This document shows positions 1-5,786 of a DNA stretch of 5,786 bases, in pieces. The notes under the pieces were generated by a model. The model searched no databases. It was not told the DNA's origin and saw nothing but the letters and a program-made list of their open reading frames with translations. The stretch is from assembly GCA_964573185.1 (NCBI GenBank), contig CAZNIQ010000019.1, positions 1 to 5,786 of the forward strand, in the 5' to 3' direction. Within the stretch, counting starts at the first letter, position 1; each line of letters starts with the position of its first letter. Origin of the DNA: Candidatus Woesearchaeota archaeon. Lineage in GTDB: Archaea; Nanobdellota; Nanobdellia; Nanobdellales; CAZNIQ01. The position numbers were made by a program, and so were the translations under genes.

Positions 1-12
1 TGGATTGATTAA

Positions 13-2748
13 ATGAATGTAAAAGAAATTTTACTTAAAAAAGCTCAGGAAAATCTTGAGAGGTTTTTTCCTGTAAAAACTCTTCAAGAGCTGGGCTTTG
101 TTAGGAAGAAATGTAAAATATGCGGTAGGTATTTTTGGACATTAGATGAGAAAAGAGAAATTTGTGATGATCATAAGCCTTATGGTTTTATTAAAAATCC
201 TGTCGGTAAAAAATTATCTTATATAGAAGTTTGGAAAGATTTCTCTAAATTTTTAGAAAAAAGAGGTTATGTTCCTATAAAAAGATATCCTGTTGTTGCC
301 AGATGGAGGGATGATTTAGATTTTGTAATAGCATCTATCGTAGATTTTCAACCATATGTTGTTAAAGGAGAAGTAGAACCACCTGCTAAGAAATTAACAG
401 TTCCACAATTTTGTTTAAGATTCACAGATATTCAAAATGTTGGATATACTGGAAGACATTATACTGGTTTTATTATGATAGGACAACACGCTTTTGTAAA
501 ACCAGAAGAATATGATATTAATACTTATTTCAAAGATTTGTTAGATTGGTTTTTGCATTTAGATATCCCTTTAGAAGAGTTTACTTTTCATGAGGACGTT
601 TGGGCTGGTGGTGGGAACGCTGGAACTTCTATAGAGTTCTTTGTGAGAGGTTTAGAAGTAGCTAACCAAGTTTATATGCAGTTTGAAACGAATGGCGAAA
701 TACGAGAATTAAAGAAAATAAAGGTTTTGGACATGGGAATGGGACAAGAAAGAGTTGCTTGGTTATTAAATGGTACCTTAACCTCTTATGATATAGTTTT
801 TCCAAATGTTCTAAGTTATCTTGAGATAGATTATGATAAAGAATTTTTTGAAAAAGTAGCTCCCTATCTGTATGAATTAGATTTTGAAGAGGGTGAAGGA
901 TTTGAGAAATTAGCCAAAGAATTAGGTTTATCCGTTCAAGAAATAAAAGATAAATTAGAACCCATCGCCGCTAGATATATAATAGCAGATCATACTAGGT
1001 CAGCTTTAGTAGCTATAGCTGACGGCGCTTTACCTTCCAACGTTGGGGGTGGTTATAACATAAGAGTAATTCTTAGAAGAGCTTATGATCTATTTGAGAA
1101 ATACTTTGGTGATTTAGATTTCTTCAAACTCTTTGAACTACAGACTAAAGATTTATCTTTGTATCCTGAATTAAAAGAATACGTTGATGATGTTATAGAA
1201 ATAGTTAAGTATGAAATTGAGAAGTACAAAGAAACTAAAAGAAAAGCTCAAAGGATAATCAAGAAATACAAAGGAAAAAAGCTTTCTACTGAAGAACTAA
1301 TAGAGCTTTATACTTCTCATGGTATAAGACCCGAGGATTTAGGAATAGAACCTCCAAAGGACTTTTACAAAAAATTATTTGAACACAGAGAAAAATCTAA
1401 AGTAAAGAAAAAGAAAGAGGAAGAAATAAAATTGAAAAAAGAATATCCGTCAACAGAAAAAGTTTATTATAAGAATTGGAAGCAAAAAATAGAGTTTGCA
1501 AAAGTTATTGGAATAGAAAGAGATTTCGTAATATTTGATAAGACTATATTCTATCCTAGAGGTGGAGGTCAAGATTATGATAAAGGATGGCTATTGCCAA
1601 AAACCATACTTAAAGAAATAGAAGAATTGGCTTTGGATAGGCAGACAATAGAAAATGTCTTGACATCTTTCTTTGGAGAATCTGGTAAAGTTTTATCGTT
1701 ATTAATTGAACCTAAAGGAATTTCCGATGCTGAAGAGTCTTTAAAGGATATATGGAAACTTAGAAATCTCATTGAGAAGAATTTAATTGAAGTTAAAGAG
1801 GTTTATAAAGTTGGAGATGTTATTGTCCATAAAGTATCAAATCCAGAGATAATTAAAGAAGGGGAAGAATACATACAGATACTTAATTGGGAAAGAAGAT
1901 TAAGATTAACAAGACACCATTCTGCGGTACACGTATTAACAGGTACTCTAAGAAGATACTATGGAAGGTTCGTTTGGCAAGCTGGTGCAGAAAAAACTGA
2001 AGAGAAAGCAAGATTAGATGTTACTTTCTACAGATTGCCTACAGAAGAGGAATTAAGAGAAATAGAAAAAATAGTAAATAAAATAATTTTAGAAGGAAGA
2101 AATGTGAGAAAATATTGGTTACCGAGAAATGAGGCTGAACAGAAATTTGGTTTTGATATATATCAAGGTGGAGCAGTTCCTGGAAAAATGATAAGAATTG
2201 TTGAAATTGAAGGTTGGGATGTTGAAGCGTGTGGCGGAACGCATGTTGATAATACTATTGAAATAGGACCTGTAAAGATAATTAATGTTGAAAGAATTGC
2301 TGACGGAATAATACGTTTCGAATTAGTAGCTGGAGATAAAGCTATAGAATATATGCAAGAACTAGTGGATATTCTTAAGGAAGCTTCAAGAATAGCAAGA
2401 GTGGGTTATAAAGATTTACCAAAAACTGTTGAAAAGTTCTTTAATAATTGGAAGGAAGCTGAAAAAAGATATGAAGATTTATTAAAGGCTTATTGGTTAG
2501 AAGTACTAAATAAAATAAATAAAGCTGGTGATTATGTTGAAATTGAAGTACCGGACGTTATAGATCTAAAGGAAATGATGGCTTTCGTAAATAAGAACAA
2601 GGAAGGATTAAAAGGAAGGACAGTAATTATCAGAAACAAAAGATTTGCTGTATGTTTATCTGAAAAGGAGGATTGTGTAAAAATATTAAAAGAAAAAGGA
2701 TATACAAAAGTTATAGGAGATAAAAAATTTGCAAGAGGTATTCAGTAA
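13..2748 (+). CDS. alaS: Alanine--tRNA ligase (alanyl-tRNA synthetase), archaeal type, full length (catalytic, tRNA-recognition, editing and C-terminal domains)
   Basis: 911-aa ORF with an ATG at 13. The N-terminus has the archaeal AlaRS pattern (CKICGRYFWT...ICDD, VARWRDDLDFVIASIVDFQP, VWAGGGNAG, GMGQERV, ADHTRS...DGALPSNVGGGYNIRVILRRA). The editing domain has FYPRGGGQ (res 517-520), HxxxH (HSAVH, nt 1918-1932) and CGGTH (nt 2230-2244). An in-frame TAA at 10-12 sits directly before the ATG, so alaS may be co-transcribed with an upstream gene. Confidence 0.95.
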   Translation: MNVKEILLKKAQENLERFFPVKTLQELGFVRKKCKICGRYFWTLDEKREICDDHKPYGFIKNPVGKKLSYIEVWKDFSKFLEKRGYVPIKRYPVVARWRDDLDFVIASIVDFQPYVVKGEVEPPAKKLTVPQFCLRFTDIQNVGYTGRHYTGFIMIGQHAFVKPEEYDINTYFKDLLDWFLHLDIPLEEFTFHEDVWAGGGNAGTSIEFFVRGLEVANQVYMQFETNGEIRELKKIKVLDMGMGQERVAWLLNGTLTSYDIVFPNVLSYLEIDYDKEFFEKVAPYLYELDFEEGEGFEKLAKELGLSVQEIKDKLEPIAARYIIADHTRSALVAIADGALPSNVGGGYNIRVILRRAYDLFEKYFGDLDFFKLFELQTKDLSLYPELKEYVDDVIEIVKYEIEKYKETKRKAQRIIKKYKGKKLSTEELIELYTSHGIRPEDLGIEPPKDFYKKLFEHREKSKVKKKKEEEIKLKKEYPSTEKVYYKNWKQKIEFAKVIGIERDFVIFDKTIFYPRGGGQDYDKGWLLPKTILKEIEELALDRQTIENVLTSFFGESGKVLSLLIEPKGISDAEESLKDIWKLRNLIEKNLIEVKEVYKVGDVIVHKVSNPEIIKEGEEYIQILNWERRLRLTRHHSAVHVLTGTLRRYYGRFVWQAGAEKTEEKARLDVTFYRLPTEEELREIEKIVNKIILEGRNVRKYWLPRNEAEQKFGFDIYQGGAVPGKMIRIVEIEGWDVEACGGTHVDNTIEIGPVKIINVERIADGIIRFELVAGDKAIEYMQELVDILKEASRIARVGYKDLPKTVEKFFNNWKEAEKRYEDLLKAYWLEVLNKINKAGDYVEIEVPDVIDLKEMMAFVNKNKEGLKGRTVIIRNKRFAVCLSEKEDCVKILKEKGYTKVIGDKKFARGIQ

Positions 2749-3518
2749 ACAGCTTTCCCTAATTCTTTTATCAATTCTTTAGCTAACGGTTGTGGCCTTC
2801 TATAATATATATCAGTTATCATTCTGTACAATCTTACTTTACCATCCCAATCTATTTGGAATAGAAAATCCAATCCCTTATATTCTCCAGCTAATATATT
2901 TGCTACTTCTTTTGCAAATATTTCTCCATCTATTTTCGGATACTCCTTTAATCTTTCATCCATTCCTCCAGTTTTTATAGTATCTGGATAAATCCCTATT
3001 CTCTCTACTTTCCTATTTGCATTCCTATCCTGTATTCGCATTGCTGATATATATGCTAGTAACGCTGTTTTCGTAGCTTGATAAGCAGCACCGCCGCCCC
3101 AAGATTGCACAGAAGATATAGAGCCCATATAAACTATCTTTAGAGGAATTCTATTTTCCAAGATCATTTCTTGATCCATTAACATTATAGAAATTATATT
3201 CACTTCAAAGATTTTTCTAATTTCTTCTTCTGTAGTTTCCTCTAAAGTCTTAGGATCTATTAGACCCTGATTATAAAATAAAATATCGTTGTACGTTATT
3301 TTTTCTAATATCTTTTTTCTATCCTCTTTTTTAGTTATATCTGCTACTATATACTCCTTTATTAAGCCTTTTTCTAATAAATCTTTCAATACGTTTTCCC
3401 TCCTTCCTATTCCTATTACATAAAATCCTTTCTCTGTTAATGCTTTTGCAAGGAGTTTTCCAACACCTCCCGTAGCTCCAATAAGGTAAACTTTGGTCAT
3501 CATCAAATCGAGCGTCAT
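2742..3518 (-). CDS. Short-chain dehydrogenase/reductase (classical SDR family), NAD(P)-dependent oxidoreductase, substrate unknown
   Basis: 258-aa ORF. It has a Rossmann glycine motif GATGGVG (res 14-20, nt 3459-3479), an NNAG-like YNQG, and the N106 / S133-136 / Y146-x3-K150 (YQATK) catalytic tetrad pattern. A PG-motif-like IYPDTIKT is also present. The ATG at 3516-3518 overlaps the upstream stop as ATGA. Alternative starts exist at MMTKV (3503 or 3500). Confidence 0.85.
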   Translation of the reverse strand: MTLDLMMTKVYLIGATGGVGKLLAKALTEKGFYVIGIGRRENVLKDLLEKGLIKEYIVADITKKEDRKKILEKITYNDILFYNQGLIDPKTLEETTEEEIRKIFEVNIISIMLMDQEMILENRIPLKIVYMGSISSVQSWGGGAAYQATKTALLAYISAMRIQDRNANRKVERIGIYPDTIKTGGMDERLKEYPKIDGEIFAKEVANILAGEYKGLDFLFQIDWDGKVRLYRMITDIYYRRPQPLAKELIKELGKAVY

Positions 3519-4354
3519 CTTCTTAAGATAGTTGAATGGAACATATCATAAGCCTCTTTCCAAATGCCACCAACTTTATTTACAATTTCTTCAATTTGAT
3601 TTAGTATTTTATCATCAATCGTTGAAATTATCAATCCCTTTCCCGGAATATAACCAGTGACATAATATTTTGTATTTGAAGCGTCCCTTGTAACTTCCCA
3701 ATCATACAATTCAAAAGGATCTGTATCTTCTGGTTGAGAATCTGTTGGAATTATTTTTACTTCAGAATTTTGCAGCTTAGCAATGTATTCTATAAATCTT
3801 ACAGCGTATTTTGGAACTATTAATTTATCTCTTTTACCATTAATTTTACCTCCAATTATCTCTCCAAAGAACTCCCCTTTTGAATTATACAATTTAGGCA
3901 ATGGTGCAAAACCCATAGGCAAAGTACCATATTTGCTCCAGAAAGCTATTAATTTATAAGCATATGGTGTGGTTATAAATTCCGTCCTGTGTTGTGGTCT
4001 CTCTTTTAAGAAGAATTCATACATCATTTTGGCAGCACCCTTCCTTTGATGATCAGGATCCACCAATGTCCAATAATTATAGATTACACCATCTTCTTTA
4101 AACCATATTGAGAAGCCAATAACTTGTTTTAAAACAGCTGGTACTGATGGGTAATACGGAACCAAAGGAGATACTATTTCTACCTCTTCTGCAACAAGAA
4201 TACTATCTAAATTTTCCTTGTAAAAACTTTCCTTAAACAATTTTTCAGTAGTTCCTCTTCTATTGTGATAAAATATTCCTCTCTCATCTAATTTTTTAAC
4301 TATCTCAACGAGCCTTGGAATATCTTTTTGGTCAGCGTACCTTACCTCGATCAT
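3515..4354 (-). CDS. GNAT-family N-acetyltransferase-like protein with an uncharacterized C-terminal domain of about 130 aa
   Basis: 279-aa ORF. The N-terminal half has a GNAT layout: MIEVRYADQKDIPRLVEI, a beta4-like VIGFSIW, and the acetyl-CoA motif A Q/R-x-x-G-x-G/A as LVDPDHQRKGAAKMMYEF (res 97-114, nt 4013-4066). A motif-B-like YAYKLIAFWSKYG follows. Residues ~150-279 show no motif I recognise. The ATG at 4352-4354 lies 27 nt downstream of a TATA-box centre. Confidence 0.7.
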   Translation of the reverse strand: MIEVRYADQKDIPRLVEIVKKLDERGIFYHNRRGTTEKLFKESFYKENLDSILVAEEVEIVSPLVPYYPSVPAVLKQVIGFSIWFKEDGVIYNYWTLVDPDHQRKGAAKMMYEFFLKERPQHRTEFITTPYAYKLIAFWSKYGTLPMGFAPLPKLYNSKGEFFGEIIGGKINGKRDKLIVPKYAVRFIEYIAKLQNSEVKIIPTDSQPEDTDPFELYDWEVTRDASNTKYYVTGYIPGKGLIISTIDDKILNQIEEIVNKVGGIWKEAYDMFHSTILRR

Positions 4355-4376
4355 AACTATTATATAGTAAGAAAGA

Positions 4377-4385
4377 TTTTTATAA
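4377..4385 (-). promoter_or_regulatory. Putative archaeal TATA box (TTATAAAAA on the - strand) for the GNAT-SDR unit, with spacing that implies a leaderless mRNA
   Basis: The minus strand reads GCAAAGG-TTATAAAAA-TCTTTCTTACTATATAATAGTT-ATG. The box centre (~4381) is about 27 nt upstream of the ATG A at 4354. This matches the canonical archaeal TATA-to-TSS distance (-26/-27), so the TSS would fall at or next to the start codon. No Shine-Dalgarno-like element is visible. Confidence 0.5.
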
Positions 4386-4387
4386 CC

Positions 4388-4405
4388 TTTGCATTCGAAT
4401 GCAAA
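4388..4405. repeat. Perfect 18-bp palindrome TTTGCATTCGAATGCAAA (possible operator or hairpin)
   Basis: The sequence is self-complementary over all 18 positions, as read directly. It lies between the oligo-T tract that follows the 165-aa ORF and the TATA box of the GNAT gene, covering the BRE-proximal position. Confidence 0.8.
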
Positions 4406-4414
4406 ATTCTTTGG

Positions 4415-4425
4415 AAAAACAAAAA
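4415..4425 (-). terminator. Putative archaeal oligo-T termination signal (TTTTTGTTTTT on the - strand)
   Basis: It starts immediately after the TAA stop (4426-4428) of the 165-aa ORF. Archaeal RNA polymerase terminates at T-runs. The palindrome 10 nt downstream could add a hairpin. Confidence 0.4.
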
Positions 4426-4923
4426 TTATATTGTTAATTCGAGTTGTTTTGAGGAACCTTTTATGCTGTGTCTTTCAAGTATCTCTATCAAACCATCAAT
4501 ACCCTGGTTTCTTAAGATACCTTCCCAGAAATTATAATTAGAAACGTTTGTATAATAATATGTGATTGTTATATAAAATTTTTCAATGCTATCATCTCTT
4601 AAAGAAGGAATATAGACTCTATATATATGTATTGTCATACCGTGTTCTTTTCTTTCAAATAAAACTCCATATATTTCTGCTTCAGTAATTATAGGTCTGT
4701 TATCTAAAAGATTTAAGATTTCGCCAGAGAGATATTTCTTTACTCTATTTTCTATTTGTAGCTTTAATTTTCTTCTTGCAATATATGGATCTGTTCCTGT
4801 ATCAAAATTATAACCGTTCTTTGGATTTATTTTCTTTACCTCAATTATTTTTAGTTTAGAATCTTCTATACAAATAAAATCAATGTCACCTCTCCCTACC
4901 TTCACGTTCTCTTTGCATTCCAT
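4426..4923 (-). CDS. PD-(D/E)xK (restriction-endonuclease-like fold) nuclease-like protein, YraN/Hjc/NucS-C-like core plus an unknown C-terminal region; possibly the 3' part of a frameshifted longer gene
   Basis: 165-aa ORF starting at an ATG (4921-4923). The motif GRGDIDFICIEDSKLKIIEVKK (D13/D15 ... E28-V-K30, nt 4834-4887) fits D-x(12-14)-E-x-K. The following DPYIARRKLKLQIENRVKKYL resembles the post-EVK helix of YraN/UPF0102-type proteins. The ORF overlaps the upstream ORF by 38 nt in a different frame. Confidence 0.6.
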   Translation of the reverse strand: MECKENVKVGRGDIDFICIEDSKLKIIEVKKINPKNGYNFDTGTDPYIARRKLKLQIENRVKKYLSGEILNLLDNRPIITEAEIYGVLFERKEHGMTIHIYRVYIPSLRDDSIEKFYITITYYYTNVSNYNFWEGILRNQGIDGLIEILERHSIKGSSKQLELTI

Positions 4924-5239
4924 ACGCTTCTCTATAATGCTTTATGTAACTATTAAACGTTTCTTTCAATAAGTAAACGTCAATGTTAAACTTTACTATT
5001 AGCTCCTCGAGTATTTTATCTAGCAATTCCCTTTTGTTTATTAAAACATTATATATTTTTGAGAGATCATTTCTTCTAGAATAAAGAATAACGCTTTCTA
5101 TATATATTTTCCCTTGAGAATATTTTATTTGAGGTTCTCTTTTATAAACTATAGATGCGTATCTTAATATGACAGCCGCTAAAGTTAAAGGTGGTAATCC
5201 TACTTCTTCTGATAGTTTATCAAGATTTAGCCTTAACAT
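4886..5239 (-). CDS. Hypothetical protein (117 aa from the ATG at 5239; 119 aa from the TTG at 5245); possibly the 5' part of the downstream nuclease-like gene
   Basis: This is an open frame with no motif I recognise. The segment LSEEVGLPPLTLAAVILRYA is helix-rich and could be HTH-like, but this is weak. The track start at 5245 is TTG. The ATG at 5237-5239 forms a TAATG 1-nt overlap with the DUF192 stop. The C-terminal helix KETFNSYIKHYREAYG looks like the missing first helix of the downstream PD-(D/E)xK core. Confidence 0.55.
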   Translation of the reverse strand: MLRLNLDKLSEEVGLPPLTLAAVILRYASIVYKREPQIKYSQGKIYIESVILYSRRNDLSKIYNVLINKRELLDKILEELIVKFNIDVYLLKETFNSYIKHYREAYGMQREREGRER

Positions 5240-5601
5240 TACCAATCAAGGATATCATGTATTAAAACCTTATTATCATATTCTAAAGGCAGTTCAATAA
5301 AATATCTATATTTTTCTGCAGGAAATATAATGTCAAAAGGTTTTACTTTGTATTTTTTAATTACTCTTTTATTTTTATCTAAAAGAATTAAAAGAAAAGG
5401 AAAGAATACAAGGAAAGAATGGATGGAATATTGAACATCTTTGTTAAAGACGAATATAAAAGCGGTATCTCTTGGAAAAGATTTTCTAAACATGAGTCCC
5501 ATGCTTTGAGAGATAAAATTATCACAGATGCAAATTCTTTTAGTTAAAATTTCATTTCTGGTTTTGTTAATTAGAGGAGAGTTTTTGTATTTAAAAATCA
5601 T
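5239..5601 (-). CDS. DUF192 (COG1430-like) family protein, function unknown
   Basis: 120-aa ORF. The segments [20 protein letters not shown] ... [23 protein letters not shown] ... [11 protein letters not shown] follow the DUF192 pattern (GLM.r...l....gmlF.f ... M.nt..pLDi.f.d..g.v ... yvlElp.g). The ATG at 5599-5601 overlaps the rps27ae stop as ATGA. Confidence 0.75.
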   Translation of the reverse strand: MIFKYKNSPLINKTRNEILTKRICICDNFISQSMGLMFRKSFPRDTAFIFVFNKDVQYSIHSFLVFFPFLLILLDKNKRVIKKYKVKPFDIIFPAEKYRYFIELPLEYDNKVLIHDILDW

Positions 5602-5786
5602 TCAACGATAAACACTCCCGCTTCAGGAACCCATTTTAATTTTCTTGGTTTCTTCCATTCTGTATACCCACATCTTCCACAAGAATACCTATCTTTATGC
5701 TCTGCTAGAAATACTCCATTACCACATATAGGACATTCTCTCTTCTTCCTTACAACCTTGCCATCTTTTACCTCATAATATTTCCA
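5598..5786 (-). CDS. rps27ae: 30S ribosomal protein eS31 (S27ae), 3' portion; the 5' end lies beyond the window
   Basis: I translated the minus strand from 5786 by hand: [62 protein letters not shown], with the stop TGA at 5598-5600. The C-x2-C-x14-C-x2-C zinc ribbon and the YYEV.DGK...R....CP.CG.GVF.AEH.DR..CG.CGYTE signature are typical of archaeal S27ae. The ORF is missing from the supplied track because it has no start in the window. Confidence 0.9.
   Translation of the reverse strand, partial: WKYYEVKDGKVVRKKRECPICGNGVFLAEHKDRYSCGRCGYTEWKKPRKLKWVPEAGVFIVE

Noticed and set aside
1381-1440. Near-pure purine tract of about 60 nt (gaacacagagaaaaatctaaagtaaagaaaaagaaagaggaagaaataaaattgaaaaaa)
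   Set aside because: It is in frame within alaS and encodes the K/E-rich linker EHREKSKVKKKKEEEIKLKK between the aminoacylation and editing modules. There is no sign of a repeat element or frameshift, as the frame stays open through it.
1575-1772. 65-aa antisense ORF that almost exactly underlies the AlaRS insertion
   Set aside because: It lies fully inside the high-confidence alaS frame. The peptide (MRFLSFHISFKDSSASE...) is low-complexity and S-rich with no motif, promoter or spacing support. Two other similar-length antisense ORFs occur by chance in this window. The coincidence with the insertion is noted but is not evidence of coding.
1594-1783. Possibility that the AlaRS insertion is a mini-intein
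   Set aside because: There is no Cys/Ser/Thr at the N-terminal junction, no TxxH block B and no terminal HN followed by a nucleophile. At ~63 aa it is also too short for any known intein.
2792-2980. 62-aa + strand ORF
   Set aside because: It is antisense to the well-supported SDR gene. The hydrophobic, low-complexity translation (LLLLLQIFLHLF) is typical of the reverse frame of K/E-rich genes.
3088-3100. Local GC-rich patch (caccgccgcccca) in an otherwise AT-rich region, considered as a possible structured RNA
   Set aside because: It is the reverse complement of the codons for WGGGA in the SDR active-site region. It is too short and has no flanking stems for a tRNA or sRNA.
4357-4367. Second TATA-like element (CTATATAATAG on the - strand) next to the GNAT start
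   Set aside because: It is only 4-12 nt upstream of the ATG. A TSS ~25 nt downstream would fall inside the gene, and the sequence shows no nearby alternative start. The upstream TTATAAAAA box has the correct spacing.
4328-4537. 69-aa + strand ORF spanning the intergenic spacer
   Set aside because: It overlaps the 5' end of the GNAT gene and the 3' end of the 165-aa gene on the opposite strand, and it runs through the TATA box and palindrome. It has no motif or start context, so it is most likely spurious.
4426-5245. Reading the 119-aa/165-aa pair as a toxin-antitoxin module (small DNA-binding antitoxin plus nuclease toxin)
   Set aside because: The upstream ORF has no recognisable antitoxin fold (RHH, AbrB or HTH-Xre). 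The pair has no promoter of its own, being embedded in the rps27ae operon. The nuclease-like core looks incomplete without the upstream C-terminal helix, so a frameshifted single gene explains more. This reading is not fully excluded.
1-5786. Scan for CRISPR repeats, tRNA/rRNA genes, IS elements or terminal inverted repeats, and integrase-like ORFs
   Set aside because: I saw no spaced direct repeats, no GC-rich cloverleaf-capable segments outside coding frames and no transposase or integrase motifs. Essentially all of the sequence is accounted for by the seven CDSs.

Overview
AT-rich, very tightly packed chromosomal segment. It is almost certainly archaeal, because it carries an archaeal-type AlaRS and ribosomal protein eS31/S27ae, and the proteins are K/E/I/Y-rich. 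The + strand holds a complete alanyl-tRNA synthetase (13-2748). The - strand holds two transcription units. Unit 1 is the 3' end of rps27ae (5598-5786; it runs off the window and is absent from the ORF track), then a DUF192-like protein, a 117/119-aa unknown and a 165-aa PD-(D/E)xK nuclease-like protein, all joined by overlapping stop/start codons. Unit 2 is a GNAT-like acetyltransferase with an unknown C-terminal domain, then a classical SDR oxidoreductase, coupled by an ATGA overlap. The two units are separated by the only real intergenic spacer (4355-4425), which contains an oligo-T tract, a perfect 18-bp palindrome and a TATA box at leaderless spacing. I found no tRNA, rRNA, CRISPR array or mobile element. 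The items most worth a second look are: (a) the 119-aa and 165-aa ORFs overlap by 38 nt and together appear to encode one nuclease-fold domain split by a +1 frame change; (b) an in-frame insertion of about 60 aa in the AlaRS beta-barrel just after the GGGQ motif; (c) the GNAT plus unknown domain fusion coupled to an SDR; (d) the palindrome abutting the promoter. All family assignments come from motif reading by eye. No searches were run.
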